Source: Lama glama | Taxonomy: Eukaryota | Assembly: GCA_028534125.1 (NCBI GenBank) | Contig: CM052816.1 | Coordinates: forward strand, 38,256,001-38,320,000 | Direction of reading: 5' to 3' | Length of the DNA: 64,000 bases | Part shown: positions 11,771 to 25,900 of the stretch, piece by piece | How the letters are laid out: the number at the start of each line of letters is the position of its first letter | Numbering within the stretch: position 1 is the first letter of the stretch | Notes under the pieces: model-generated | Database searches by the model: none | Seen by the model: the letters and a program-made list of their open reading frames with translations, nothing else | Told to the model about the DNA's origin: nothing | Program-made: the position numbers and the translations under genes

Positions 11771-14700
11771 TTGAATTAGAAAAATACAGCTTTAAATATT
11801 TTCCTATACTATTATAGTCATTCTAGACATTCAGTCTACTTATTTTTCTCATTTAAAATAACAAGGAAATTTCATAAGCATAACACTTTATGGGAAAAAT
11901 TTAACTCGTACCTTCCTCACAGATTGCTTTGACGCAGGGATTATCACTGTCATTACTATTATTATTACACAAAAAAAGATACTGAGGATAAATCCATAGA
12001 ACTAGTGACAAATCTTGGCCACCCTAGTAAGTTGCCTATATTCATTCTACTTTGCAGACTTTCACACAGAAAAGCAAAGAAATCCATCTAACAAAACTTG
12101 ATGCTTACCTTCCAAAATAAAGTTCAACAACTTTGCACCAATTCTGTTGTTCATCAAACAATATTCTGATATGCCCTTTTGAAAGTGACTATTCTATGGA
12201 AATATTTGGTGGCCTTATTCAGGGCAAATTTTGCTTTCACCTCCCTCCTTATTCCTCCGGTCACCACCAGCTTAAAATTTACAAATTAGTTTTCTAATAC
12301 AAATTTCTCTGTAGCAAGCAGTTCCCCTAGAGTCTGAAAGTTCTAGGTAAATGGGGAAAAAAGGAGTTTGGAAACATGCAAATCCAAGGACTTCATCGTG
12401 GATGTTGGCAACTCACTTAAAATGCATCAAGTCCCTAAGGCCATTCTTGAATGAATTGATGATGTGTTCAAGGTCAGTGTGACCAATTCTGAGGTCACAT
12501 TTTCATAAGGTATCCAATTAAATATTCTTTTTAAACTTCATTTGAGAGTTCTTTTTAAAATGTTTAAATATTAGAAGTATTTTTATCTTCTCCAAATTAG
12601 GGGTTCAAGCAAAAACACCTCTATTATTTTTAGTTTTGTATTTGATTACATAAAGCCTATAAATTCACTCTGAGTATTTACTAGAATATATGTATGCACA
12701 GATCATGCAGTGTGTTTTACGTATGTAATCCCAAGGCCTATGCGAATGGTTGTTAAAAATTTGTAGCTGCATAGATACAACTATGTACATAAATGTATTA
12801 GAAATAAAATAATCTGTGGGAATTTAGTAAAATAACTCATTCTAGGGAAAGAGTATTGTTTTCAAAAATATTCCTTATCTATCAGAATATTATATTTAAG
12901 ATGCTTGTGAAGACAAAAGAAGAAATTAATTTGGATGTTCAGAAAGAGAAAAGTTAATTGATCTATTTCTTCAAAGTATTTTAGAAGTAAAGATTTAAAC
13001 CACTTTAATATCAAGAACATTTTTAGAAAAGTGTGTTTTTGAATATTTTCAGACATTATTATAGGAGAAAATATCTAGTTGCTTTTGCCACTTGCTCTGA
13101 ATATCTCAGCATAAATAAAATAAGAACCAAAGTAATTTTTAAATTATAATGGCCCACTGCAAATGATAAATTTCCATTGAATGTGTTAACAAACAGAAAT
13201 ATACAAATTCAAACAATACTTGGGGTCTACAAGGAAAAGGATGATTCTCAGGTACGTAATAAATACTTATTGAATGAATGAATAATTGAATGAGAAGTCA
13301 TTTTGATGATCAAAAATCTGTAAAAATTTAGTATTTTGATCACTTCCAAAAAGTTATTGGATTGGTTTAATACTACTTTTTAGGATATAAGTAAAGTTGG
13401 CAGAAAATCATAAAATGATTAAAAAACAGTTTAGTTGCTTCTAGATTAGGAAATGAAGGAAAGAACTAGAGAGTATACATTAGAGAAACAAATTACATGA
13501 CATATTATCAGTGTTTTCATTGCAACTTAAACTAAGGAAAGTCCAATAGAGTATGATCATTTCTGAAAACAGAATTAATAAAATAATTAATGTCTACCAA
13601 TTAACTTCTAGAACCAAGATGCCCTGTCTTCAGATATTTATTTATCAGTCACAGAGGGCATGCAATGTCATGAAATGAACAAGAATTCTTTCAGATTTAT
13701 CCTTTAGATCTTTTCCTTTTGAAAGCTAAAACAGTAAAATGTAAGAAATTTTTCAAGAGAGTACTCAATAACTTTCAGCTATGCTATTCAAAATATATAA
13801 ATGTAGGTTGAAAATATTTCCTCTCTTTTCCTCTTTCATATAGTTTTATTTAATGTGGGATTCACTATCTTCAAAATTTTTTTTCTTAAATGGAGATAAC
13901 GCACATGCGAGTTGGAACTACACAAAATGATTATTAGCTATTTTGCTTTCTCTGACTTTTAAAAAACATAAAAACACATTTTCTAGTGAATTTTTTCTTA
14001 CCTTTTATTAATTCTTATTGTGTTATCCATTAGAAAATTTGTAGTAAGTCCAGGTGTTAAAAATTGAATAAAGAGGTGAAAAGAACATGCCATCTTTCCA
14101 CCATACAAAAATCCTCTAAATAGAATTTCAAGTCATCAACAAAATGTCAAACAAAAAAATCTAGACTTCTCCCTGAGGTTAGCATAAAGGCATTCTAGGT
14201 GTCTAGGGACAGCAGGGTCAAACAGAAAGGATGGCTCTTCCACTTCAGTATCAAAACTCTTCTCTGCCCTCTGAGGGGGAGCAGGACCAGAAGCACCCTG
14301 CCACTCTCCTGAGTTAGTCCACTGTGCTTTGGGTTTTTCATTTTTTTCCAACTTAACGGAATTGATGTTTACTTACAAACTGTTTCGTTTTTTTTTTTTC
14401 CCTAATATATCTGACTTCTGACTGACAGCAAGTTTATTCAGTATCTGAACTTGAATGTCACTGAACGCTTCAGATATTCTTTTCTTTTGCCAGGTCTCTT
14501 CTCAGAAGACAAGAATCTCTGGTGATTCTGAGAGAAGTGTTTTCTATGCACATGTGATTTTTACTCATTGAAATGCATGACAAATGTTGAATAAATAATA
14601 TCTACAGATACAATGTGTGCATTTGTTCAATGTATACAACACTGAAACTTCTAATATCGTTATGGTTCTTGAGCATGTTTATGTACAAATGAAGCATACT

Positions 14701-15536
14701 CAGTCAATCTCAGAAAACTGTTATTTAACCTCAAAAGCTTGACTGCAGCCAATAAAAGCAAGATAATTCACAATAACTAGTGAATCTCCATTCTGACACT
14801 TCTATTCATTCTATGGTATTAAACTTTCCTTTTTCATTTTACTTTTTAAAGTAGAGTTGTAGAAAGGTTTGCACATTTAAAATTCCTCACAGACAATAGC
14901 TCTAAAATAGTCACAATATAATAAACAGTCAGGAAGTTTAAGCATACTTCCCTGTGGTGCAGGTAAGTCAGCAAGTAGAAGATTAACATTTAATGTGACA
15001 GATCTGCATCTGTTTACTGTGCTTTAGAGCAATGGTACTTTAAGTAAGGATTTTTTTTCCCATGTAGAAATGCAGAAATGTCTCTGAAATTCACAAATTT
15101 TAAGAAGTGAAAACAGTAACCTTGGTTAATACGAAACTTTCTGGTAGATTTATGCAGCTCTTAAAGCACATAGCATGGTGAATATTCACAACGAGCATTT
15201 TGCACGCAGCATTCACCAAACTTATTTGAAGACAAGTCAGTGGAAACTATTGTTCATCTGAGCATAGTCTGTGAAACAGTGGACTAAAAAGTGGTGTAAA
15301 AGGATTTCACATCGCTGCTTATATTCTTTGCACATCTTACTTCTGGATTTTACTGCTCCTTCTCTAAGTTTCAATTACTTGCCTAGCATCATGGGAACAT
15401 ATGGGATAAAAAGGTCTCTGACAGACATATGGGTTGAAATGTCTCTGAGATGTCATACTTATATTTCTGTATTGGCAATTTTAAGTAGTATCTCATATTT
15501 CTGAATGATTAGAAAAATATAGTGTGTAAACACTAC

Positions 15537-15909
15537 TGCTATGGACTGAATTGTGTCCCCTCAAATCCATATGTTGAAGCCCTAATCCTCAGTGAATCTG
15601 TGTTTTGAGATGGAGCCATTAAGGGGATAATGAAGGTTAAATGAGGTTGTAAGAGTGGGCACCTATTCCAATAGGTTCTTGTATGAAGAGGAAGATATAT
15701 CAGAAGTGCACTCGGAGAGAAAAGGCCATGTGAGGACACAGCAAGAAAGTGACAGTCTGAAAGCCAAGAAAAGAGGCCTCAAGAGAAACCAACTCTGCCA
15801 GCACCTTGACCTTGGAACTTCCAGCACCCAGCACTGTGAGAAAATAATTTTCTATTTAAGCCATTCAGTCTGTGGTATTTTGTTATGGTAAGCATAACTG
15901 AATGATACA
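15537..15909 (+). mobile_element. ERVL-MaLR solo LTR (MLT1B-like)
   Basis: tgctatggactgaattgtgtcccc...ggccatgtgaggacacagcaagaa...ggtattttgttatgg...taca with TG..CA ends; 5-bp TSD actac/actcc with one mismatch. Confidence 0.9.
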
Positions 15910-16599
15910 ACTCCCAAACTGAAAATGAGGTACATATAAACACTTTTTTGCTCTGAATTTGTTATTAACATTTCCCCTATAATTGTTCAATTTCATTTAC
16001 TCCATGAGACTAAATGCTAGAAAGCTGTGTCCAAACAATATAGAAATTAAGATGATATTTCAAATGGAAGACAGGGAGATAAAAATTTTGCCCCGCTATA
16101 CTGTGTCCTTTAATTTGCTAGTAATGCCCATCAGAGGTAGTACAGCTTTTCTCCTGCTTATAAAACAATTCTTACTTATATAGCTATTAGGGCTTTTAAA
16201 AACATCTTGAAGATAAAAATCCTTCACTCAATAGATTTTCCTTTTCAGTAACATCTTTAACCTAAAGCTATTCTGCTAAACTTTACATAATTACTTCATT
16301 CAGTTCTTGGTAAAGATAGTGAACAATGGCTCACTAAATTGTATTAAGTTGATCAGCTCTTACAGATGAAACATTTCTACAAATGCAAAGCACTATAACT
16401 CCTCCTGTCTACTTCTGTTGCATCTGTTAATGGCCAAGGCCTTGGAGGGTGGGGAAGGGACTCCAATTCAACTTGATTCATTTCCTAAGTTGATCTAGTA
16501 GTTTTCTATTGATAAATAAGTATTGACCGTATGTAACATTTACTTAATAGCATGTCAGAGTTACTATTTTCTTATGGTTTCAAGTTTAGTTATTTAAAG

Positions 16600-16990
16600 T
16601 TAGCATACATTTATTGAATTTCAGATGCACGTAGGACATGACTATGTATTAGTAAATAAAAATTAAATAGGTCCTGCCATGTTGGATTTTAAATATAATG
16701 AGAAAGAGAAACAGTAATTAAACAGAATATAAATATATGACTAGGATAAATCAAGGGAGCAAGTTTCAATTTCAGGATCAGAGATGGGGAAAGGGTGTGG
16801 CTTCCGTGATATTAAAGAGAAATCAACAAGTAAGAAGGAGCCAGGCACCTAAGGAGATGGTGAGGCTGAGAGAGAGCTGTGGTTTCATGCTTGAGGACCC
16901 TAACATGAGGGACAGCTGGTCCTGTTTAAGGAATCCAAAGGAGGCCAGTAGAGCCAGGCAGCAGTGGACAAACGGAACAGTGCTTAAGAT
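16600..16990 (-). mobile_element. L2 LINE 3' region
   Basis: catttattgaat tail; tgtttaaggaatccaaaggaggccagtagagccagg L2 motif. Confidence 0.65.
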
Positions 16991-18495
16991 AAAGCAAAAG
17001 TGATGAGAAAGTTCTCAGAATGTTGTTCAAAGACATACAAAGAGCTTGGGTATTAATGAGAAGACAAATAGAGGCAAATTTTAAGAGCCACATCATTGTT
17101 GTGGGATAGGGCATGGGGAATCTTTCTTCTCAGGATGTAACAGTGAGAATGTCAATAAAAGAAAGGCTAATAACGAATTTTTGTAATTGTTAGATATTCT
17201 AATATTTTATTAATAGTTGATAATTAGACTTATTATAATTTAGTTTCAGTTGTCCCATATGATAAAAAGAGGAGGGGTGGGGAGAGGAGGAGAAAGACGA
17301 GGAAGTAAAAGAAGGGAAAATAAATGAAGCATTATTTCGTTTCTTAAGTTAACCCATCACAGAGCATTAAAGCCAGAGATGATACCACACTTTTTTATGG
17401 ATTGCATGTTATAAAACAGCTTCTTGCTCTACAGCTTCTATAGTATAAAGGATCTCTCTAAAATAAATTGCTATTTTCCTAGGAGAGAAAAAGAAGTCCT
17501 AATGCATGTGCACTGTAGCTTAACATAAAGCACACCATCTGGTGCTTGCTTTTTATTTGGCAATGATCTATAATGACATATTATAACAGATTTTATCTGT
17601 TAATTACTAAGTAGCAAAAGTGATTCCACTCTCAAACTCTACAGAGCAAAATAAAACAGTTACAGTAATGGGAAAATGTTCCTTAAGAATTGAAAAATTA
17701 CTTCAGAATTCATAAGTCTGTTTTGTGCAATACTACTATTACTCACTGGTGTACAAATTTATAGCAGAGGTTTAGAACATTTCTTACTGCCTGCACTTCC
17801 ATTTTCTAATCTGTAAATGTTTTCATGATAGTGAAGTCCTTACTATGCATTATGGATAACACACTAAAACATGTAAATAGCAAAAGAACTAAAAGTTGCT
17901 TTATTTTTTAAATGGGTTAAGTCCAATGGCTTAATTAGACTGCATCTCTATATTTTGAACATGGACAAAAAACAGTGCAAATTTATTTGAAAGTATTCTT
18001 CTCCCTCAGACATACCAAAAAGTGAAAGCATGTGAAGAATCAAATTAGAAATACAGGTGATATCAAGACACATGATCCAAATGGTCCCTCCTTAGAAACA
18101 TCTTTAAAGAACTACTTTGATCGACTAAACCTCCCAGAGCCCTGGAGGCTTGCTGTTTTATCAGAAATAATATACAGTTGGAAATATATTTTCTTCACAT
18201 GAAGCTGGATGGCCGGAGGAGCATTCATAGGAACACAGGTCAACATTTTCACTCTTTTAAAAGACATCAGTGACACTGATGGGTACCCTATCTGCTAGAA
18301 GTTGTCACTTGCAGGTTCAAGGAAAAGTAATTTTGTCCCTTAAACCTTTAAGTTAAAAGGATTGAAAGAGAAATTACAAAGTTATATAGACAAGTGGAAG
18401 GAGTTTTCAAAGATTGTATGTCCAATCAAGCTTAATTTGACACTGGATCTACATTGTATTGCAACAGTAGAGTGTAGAACACAATTTAAAAATCT

Positions 18496-18579
18496 GCTAA
18501 AAAATTGTGCTCTACACTGGAATTTGATACAACATTGTAAAATGGTTATAAATCAATAAAAATGTTAAAAAAATAAAAA
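18496..18579 (+). mobile_element. Young, extremely 5'-truncated L1 3' tail (camelid-like)
   Basis: tgtgctctacactggaatttgatacaacattgtaaaatggttataaatcaataaaa plus A-rich tail, flanked by taaaaatct direct repeats (18487-18495, 18580-18588). Confidence 0.75.
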
Positions 18580-19199
18580 TAAAAATCTTCTAGAACTGAA
18601 AAGAGATACGTACTTTCAATAACTGTGAATCAAATAGCAAGTGTGGTATAAGATTTTTTGCTTATTCTGGAATTACACAGGTACACTTTTAACCTAATTT
18701 GACTGTAGGCTATCAGACAGTACTTCTTTTTAATTTATTTGGATTAGCTATTTTCTTCTTAGTCACTGAACTCCCAATGCTCAGCTTGGAACAAAAATGC
18801 TTAGAAAGTAAACAGCATTGACTATCTTCTCTGGGAGTCAGGTGTAGCCATGACATTAAGTTCTCCTATTGCAAAGTAAGCCAGTCACTTCAGTTACAGA
18901 AGAAAAACAAATCATTTTATTCACTTTCAGAATATTTCTTATGATAATAAACTAATATAACACTGTGAACAATTTTTTTCTATATTGTGAAATCGGCTGA
19001 CTAAAGTCAAAATGAAGAAGAGTGACCTCTGCTGCTTTGGCATTAACTATATCAGTGCATTTTAAAAAATCTGGTAAGCTCCCCTAACCATAAACAAGAG
19101 CATCTATGTCTAGAAGTGGTGTACTGGTTCATTTTCATTCACAATAAATAATCAGTCATCACATCTTTGAATCACAGATATTCTATCCTGTGGAAGAGG

Positions 19200-19530
19200 T
19201 CTATCTGACACACATCCCAGTATTTATTCTCCACATATTCCTTTTAGAAATGAAACTACCCTTTCAGCTAGCTGTGACCTTAGCACTAGGCCCCAAGATG
19301 TAAGTAGAAATAACATGTCAGCTTTCCTAAAAAGCAACTGCCTTTCCCTCCATATTTGCCTTCCTCTTCCTGATGCCTGAAAAATTGTAACAACAGAAGC
19401 AGCCACCCCGGAGCTTAAATGGAAGCTACATGTTAAACCCGGAAGAGCCACTTCACCAACCCTTGACCTTCAGCCAGTGGCAGGGGGGAAAAACATTTTT
19501 TTTTTCATGCCACTACATTTGTAATACCAA
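19200..19530 (+). mobile_element. Old MaLR LTR (MLT1I/J-like)
   Basis: gctgtgacc...agatgtaagtagaaataacatg...cttcctcttcctgatgcctg...gcagccacc motifs. Confidence 0.55.
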
Positions 19531-19989
19531 CTTCCCTGCAATCTTAAAAAAGAAAGAAAACAGAAAAAAATAATTTAAAAAGTCCAGTATCTTATTTTTG
19601 CAATTTTGTAATTTTGTAATTGATTTCAGAATTAATGTCCAGGACTTCTCCAAACTCCCATAGTCCAGTTTTTAATACCTATTCTCCATTGTAAAATTCT
19701 TAAGCCAACCAAATAAGTGACTTATCTGCTGATCTTTAACAGTTAAGTAATAAATATCAATCAATATTTGAACTACAGAGTAATAATTCATTACTGCTTT
19801 CTTTATCCTCCTTATAATTAACTGATATTTTTAATATTCTCAAAAGAACAAAAGCAATACTTTCATAATTCATTTCTTAGATTAAGTATTAAAATAGCTT
19901 ATAGAATGATTGTAAGTGCTCTACTAATACTCCAAGGCTATAAACAACTTTGTTTAAAAGCACATGTCCATTGTCCTCACTCACGGTAT

Positions 19990-20492
19990 AAATCAGGTTC
20001 CAGGCAACAAACATATGATGCATCAAAACTGGGTGTGTTGAGGAGTTTAAAGAGAGAACTATTTATTCATAGAAAGGGATAAAGGAGACCAGCCAAGAAT
20101 AATGTGGTACTCCAGAGGATAAAAAAGAAGAGACAGTCTTCACAATACTTGGGCAAATAAGGTAGCTTCATGGTGTCAACTGCCTGACACAGCTATAGCT
20201 ATCTGTTAGGAGAAGGAAACAGCAAAAACAAAACAAAGCAAAACAAAACCAAAAACAAACAAAAAAACCCAACAACAACAAAAAAAAACAAGTATCAACT
20301 ACCAGGGAGAGAAACAGAAAAAGTTACCCCAATCCAGTCTTGTCCCTCTATTCCCTGTTCTCCATCTCCTGCAGGCTCCTGATTAGTCAAAACCAACAAG
20401 AAAACCAGGAAGGCAAAACAGCCCACTGATGTAGTTCATACAGTAAACATCCTGGGGGTGGGATCTGGGGGACACGGAAGAGATACACTACA
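19990..20492. mobile_element. Old ERV LTR (LTR78/LTR79-like) with internal A/C-rich microsatellite
   Basis: atctcctgcaggctcctgattagtcaaaaccaacaagaaaaccaggaaggcaaaacagcccactgatgtagttcata resembles LTR78/79; (aaaac)n tract at about 20222-20290. Confidence 0.5.
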
Positions 20493-22240
20493 TCCACACA
20501 AGTTCATATTACGGAAAAGCTTACAGTGAATATCATAACATCAAACAAAGTAAAAGCTCTGATCAGGGGAAAATTTTACAATAAATTAAGCATTATGTTT
20601 TCCCATGTTGCACCAAAGCATACTGTCATCAGATTTATTTCACATCTTCATTCTTTTCTGTTTTGCACAACTTCTATCCAATATTCCTTTAATTTTACGA
20701 CTGAAGACAGTAGACTTATTTGCAAGCTAATAGCGTTGGTGATAGGCAATATATGATTAGAATTGGAAAATGAAACTGCAATAATAGTATACCAAAACCA
20801 GTTCAGAATTTCCTGTTTCATTGGGAAGAAACCAACTTCCAAGGTATAAATATGTCTGAACTTTATTTTGCTAGTCATGCAGTACCAAAGAACTCTCATG
20901 CTCTCTCAACAAAGGAAAAAATAACTAACTAAACAGTAAAAAAAAAAAAGTCTAGTTTCTAACTGACTTTAAACTGAAAATGAAGATGAGAACAAGGTAT
21001 TTTATGACACGTAATACCCAGATAAATTCTATGCGATCTATATCACATGATTTCCAATTATTTAGAGTAATTTGTAATCCAGCCAAGATTATGAGCAGAA
21101 TAGGTAAAATTAAATTAAGGCTTCAGAAACTGGTTACAGACGAAAAGGTTGTTATGCCTACATTTGGGATATTGTTCTTTCTTAATGCATTATCAGTCCT
21201 AACATTTAATGCATTTACTACATACTATAGTTACATTCTCTTCTACTATTTTTTAAATTTATTTTATTTTATTTTAATCTCTCTAATATTTGCATATGTG
21301 AAACTGATTTGCACCAGACAAGTATGAACAATCTGTGCTCTGCTAAGTATTCCAAGTTGACAGGCAGATGTTTGACACGACAAAAATAACCCAACTGTAT
21401 CTGATGAGAATGTGCCAATTCAGCATTTGATAAGTAACTGATAATGCTTTCTATGAAGCTGGAATACAGAAGATACCTAACAATGCCTATACAAAGAAGG
21501 AAAGAAAGATAGTAGGCACATAGAAAACCAGCACTGTCATGTCTCCAATCTCTACTTTATTGATAAGACAAAAAGAATTTCTCTCCATTACTGTGTTTTT
21601 GTTGATAACAGGGGCTGATCACAGAGTAAGTTTGGGGTGAGGCTAGTTGCTGCTCCTCAAATGCCGCTCTATACTACATTCCACTCAGTAAAGCATGTGT
21701 GTCTCTCCTCTATCACTAAATGAATTTTCATCTGAAGGATAAATACGAAAGTCATGGATTATAATGAAGAAGCAGAAGTGCAGGCTATTATTTGTCTAGT
21801 GAATCCATTTCAACTGCATCATGTCATGAATAATTGTTACACTATATCAAACAATTGATAAAAGAATTATCCAAGGATAAAAATCTCAGATGTTACTCCA
21901 TTTAAGCAGTACTTCAAATACACAAATGTTCAAAGACTTTTTTTAATAGTATCATAAATTCTTTGTGGGGTATGTGTCTGTGTGTGTGTGTGAAGCACAC
22001 TACTCATAAGGATTTATGAATACTTCAATTTTCTTTGGAGATTTTAAGATGCAAAAAAAAGCAATTTACCATTTTACCTTTTATATTTCATTGAAGATTT
22101 GTATATCTTTATTGGTTATGTAGAGATACATCTTGACATAACAAAAGTTTCTCTGAGACGTTTTTCATGTAATTTGGCTACATAATCAAAGAGTAGAATA
22201 TGTATTTTACTATATAAAGACAATTTAAAAACAATATATT

Positions 22241-22243
<3 letters not shown>

Positions 22244-22271
<28 letters not shown>
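22244..22271. repeat. (CA)14 microsatellite
   Basis: Directly visible. Confidence 0.95.
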
Positions 22272-22610
22272 AAGACAAAGAGACTGAGCTAATTCATATT
22301 TCACCAGTAAGTGGAAAATAAATATGATTTAGCTTTTAGGCAAAAGCCAGAACCAACTACAGTGACATGATGGATTTCTATAGCATACACTGGCCCAACT
22401 TTATTTATGTTAAATAATGTAAACTTGGTCCAGGTGCAGCAGACTTGGCTTGATGGTGACGGAGGGTGTGTGTGGGAGGAACCCACACTGCTTCCTGCTG
22501 GCTACCATCAGATTTCCGACTTGCAGTTCATTTCGGTGTCCAGCACCTTAGGAGTTCTTCCGAATTTCACATATCAAGTAAAACCTTTGATAGGAGGAAG
22601 AGTTGCTCAC

Positions 22611-22635
22611 CCCAACCAAGCTGGATGAATGAAAG
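22611..22635 (-). other. Candidate micro-exon, 25 nt
   Basis: Minus strand: gcttttcttaccctttctgtcag|CTTTCATTCATCCAGCTTGGTTGGG|gtgagc. Strong acceptor tract and good donor. Confidence 0.4.
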
Positions 22636-22920
22636 CTGACAGAAAGGGTAAGAAAAGCTACAGATGCCCACTGGATAATCTATGCTAGCCTTCGCACCTA
22701 CCAGTGGACATATCAGTGCCTGCTGGTGGTCTCATCCCAAGATTTGAATCTGGGAAAAGGAGGAGAAAGGGAAGATAGAACGAATGACACTTGAATGACT
22801 GTGCAACATGTTCCAACTGGTATGAAATGTGAGACATCTAAAATTCAACAAGTGTCTTCAGGGCTTGAGGTAGAGAACAGCAAGAGTGGAGGAGAAAAGG
22901 GCTCCTTCCTGACTTCTCAC

Positions 22921-22974
22921 TAGACACCCGCCGCAGAGAGATCACTGGCCCGTGTAGGAGTTTTAGGGGGTATC
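22921..22974 (-). other. Candidate exon, 54 nt
   Basis: Minus strand: gtttgacgttgacatttcag|GATACCCCCTAAAAC...GCGGCGGGTGTCTA|gtgaga. Retains three CpGs in a CpG-depleted background; donor only moderate. Confidence 0.4.
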
Positions 22975-25900
22975 CTGAAATGTCAACGTCAAACATTGTT
23001 AATTAAGAATTTAAAGAACTAATTATTGGGTTAGGAATTCTACTGGACCTGGGACATGGTCAGTTCAGAGATGCTGACAGCACTCAGGAGTCTTGGTCAC
23101 TAGACTGTATCAGGGAAAGCGTCAGGAGCATGTAACAGCACCAGAAAACCCCGGAAGGACTGAAGAAAGGATAAATATATAAACAAATCCAAAGATCTTT
23201 TTCACATCAGGAAACACTGCAATAAGAGCTTGGGGACAGTCTCCAATTAATGGGCTTTGAGTAGATGAAGAGAGTAACAAAACAGGATTTAAAATCTTTG
23301 AAAGTTTGACTAAATAAAGAGAATGATAAAGGCTCATCCTTGAGGAGAAATAATTCAAGGAAAAATTAAAATTTGTATGTTTTTTTAAATTTACACTTCT
23401 TTATATGTCAGTTTAATTTTATAAACATATATTCATCAAAAAAGGTAAAAAAAAACTAGCTGCTGCTTTAAGATGAAAAAATTACATCTACACGATAATG
23501 CAACACACATACATATACATACACATACAGAAGAAAAACATCTAATAAATTAGGCTTTGAATTTATTTTGGGGACTATGTAAATAAAATGTTAAAAAGTA
23601 CCACCCAACTAGTGGGATGTGTCCCACAAAAGTTTTTTGTTTCGCAAACTTAAAAGTTGGAAATATGTGAGGATTTAAATATTGACTGGGTAAACATAGG
23701 CCCCAGTATTTTATTTTGCCTTAAAATATACTCAATTCAAACACTGCATCAGCAAGTCCCTGCAGACAGTTTAGATACTGACATCTAATTAAAATATATT
23801 TAAAAATAAATTATTAAAAATTAAATGAGGAGTTAAAGGAGCAGCACAGCAACAGATAAGAAGGAACCCTTACTAATGGGATGGCTGTACTGTTCTAGGT
23901 ACTTCAAAAGGAATGGTAAGATACGGGTAACTGAAAAACAAGGACCATTAGAAGTTTTCATAAATGATGAGTTTGCGTTTTCTTTTTCTGAAAATGAATT
24001 AGACAATATCGAAGAGTAGATCACGAAAACAAGAATGAATTGTGCTTACTGAAAACAAACAAGTCCACCAACAAATTCTATTATGAGAATATCACCTATC
24101 AAAAGTAAAACAAGGAGTGAAGCCAGCAATTGGGAATGACACACCTAGCCTTCCAGCAAGGTTTCCATGCCAGTTCTAGTTTAATCCAAGTAACTGCACT
24201 GGCTCAATGTCCAGGGCATGTGACAGCTATTCCAGGACTGACAAGCCAGGAGTGGGCTTCCTCACTTCAACAATTCTTTGCAGACAGGTGTTCAACTCAT
24301 GAAGACCATATCCAACATGCCCTGCCAATATCACTTAGAAGTACTCTATTCCATTCTTACCAACCAAATAACAGTATGTATTTAAATTAAGTCTACCCTA
24401 ATAGATTAAGAGTTTGTACAGCCTTTATAAATGAGAGAAAAAATAACCAAACTATGTCCTTGAAAAATAAAAAAATAAAACTAAGAATAACATTGTTAAT
24501 CCTGTTCAGGGACTTTGGCTTATCTCTCTTTTACAGACTTTTTTCCCCCAGTACTAACTTGGATTATCTAAACATGGGTCAAACTGTGACTGTTGTTAAA
24601 CATATTATCTGACTGGATGTTGCATATTAGAATTCAAGATTCTGCCAGGAATATAACTGCACTGGTATTTTATTAAGCAGCCCTAATTAAGAATAAAATC
24701 AGTGAACTAGTAGATATTGCTCAAGAAACTTCAAAAGAGATTTTCTACCGCAGAATTTCTCTGTGATGATGGCAGATTGGTGTATGATTCTGCAATGACA
24801 TCAAGAAATAAGACAACTTTGCATGGCCTGTCTGAAAAAGCACTCCCTCCAAAAATGGTCCACACATCTTTGCTTATTTTCTACATTACCAGGAAGGTCA
24901 TTCATTTATTTGACCTATTTTTAGGGTAAACATGGCTAGACATTTTTTTTTCCTCCTTCTCTCTTGAGAGCATAACTTCATAAAACAGGACTCTATCTGC
25001 AATTTATTGCCCTAATGTTACTTGCAGAAGAAACACTTCACACCGTATGCTCTCTAATACTGTGAATGTGAACTTGAACTTAAAAATGCAGAGGGAGGAT
25101 TTGAAATTCAGTGATCTAGCCCAGCTTCTGGTAAGCACCATTATATTCAGGAAAGAATTCAGAATGTAAGTTAGGTTGAAGCTATTCTCTGCAACAGTGG
25201 CAGTGAAATACAACAGAAAGTTGCAAGCACCCTACCTTCAAGCACATGCCAGAATGTTGAATCCAACATGAGAATATGTTTGCCCTACACAGGCACTACT
25301 CAAATGATGTATTCACCTCCTTCAACTCATCACTGCCATGAGGACCTTTAAATCTTCTCCCAGGCTAGATGCCATTCCTGAAAATATACCTTCCCACCTA
25401 TTTTTATCCCACATCCCCTAGATAAGCCATAATCATAGATTAATGATCTACTGGATGGATTGCCTAAAGCCTGTCCTTTAACACTGAATTTGCTGAGGTG
25501 CTACAGGTTAGATAAAATCTAGAAAGCTCAAAGGTCCAATTATTATCAGCATGTAAAAAGTTCTAGTTACAAGCTCTATTTTATTTTATTTTCCTGATTT
25601 AGACACTGCAGATGAAAATCAAAAGTATCTTTTGGAAAGAAAAACATACACACACATAAAAACACACTCACTATGAAACAAAAAAAAGAAAACCAATTTT
25701 TACCTAAACATTGTGTACTAAAAAGAGAAATCCCAAATGACCCAGGAAAGCAATAAAATGAAATTCAGTCTAGTAGTAATTGGCTTTGTCTTCTGCAGTA
25801 TGTTTGCAAGGTATTCATATGAGTTATACTCCACAGTTTTGGAGATTGGTAAAGAGCTGTGAGATTTTAATTAATGGGTTTACATAAACTTGGATATTTT

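Noticed and set aside
14950..14970. Plus-strand donor caggtaagt (similar ones near 39112 and 51990)
   Set aside because: No convincing paired acceptors or consistent exon chain; isolated donors are expected by chance.
22655..22720. pre-miRNA
   Set aside because: Stem only about 11-14 bp with a large loop; no mature miRNA recognised.
22300..22974. Terminal coding exon IPPKTPTRASDLSAAGV* with a 3'UTR and AATAAA near 22400
   Set aside because: The peptide matches no protein I recognise, a gtgaga donor overlaps the stop codon, and further exon candidates lie downstream. An internal 54-nt exon is the simpler reading, though a terminal exon is not excluded.
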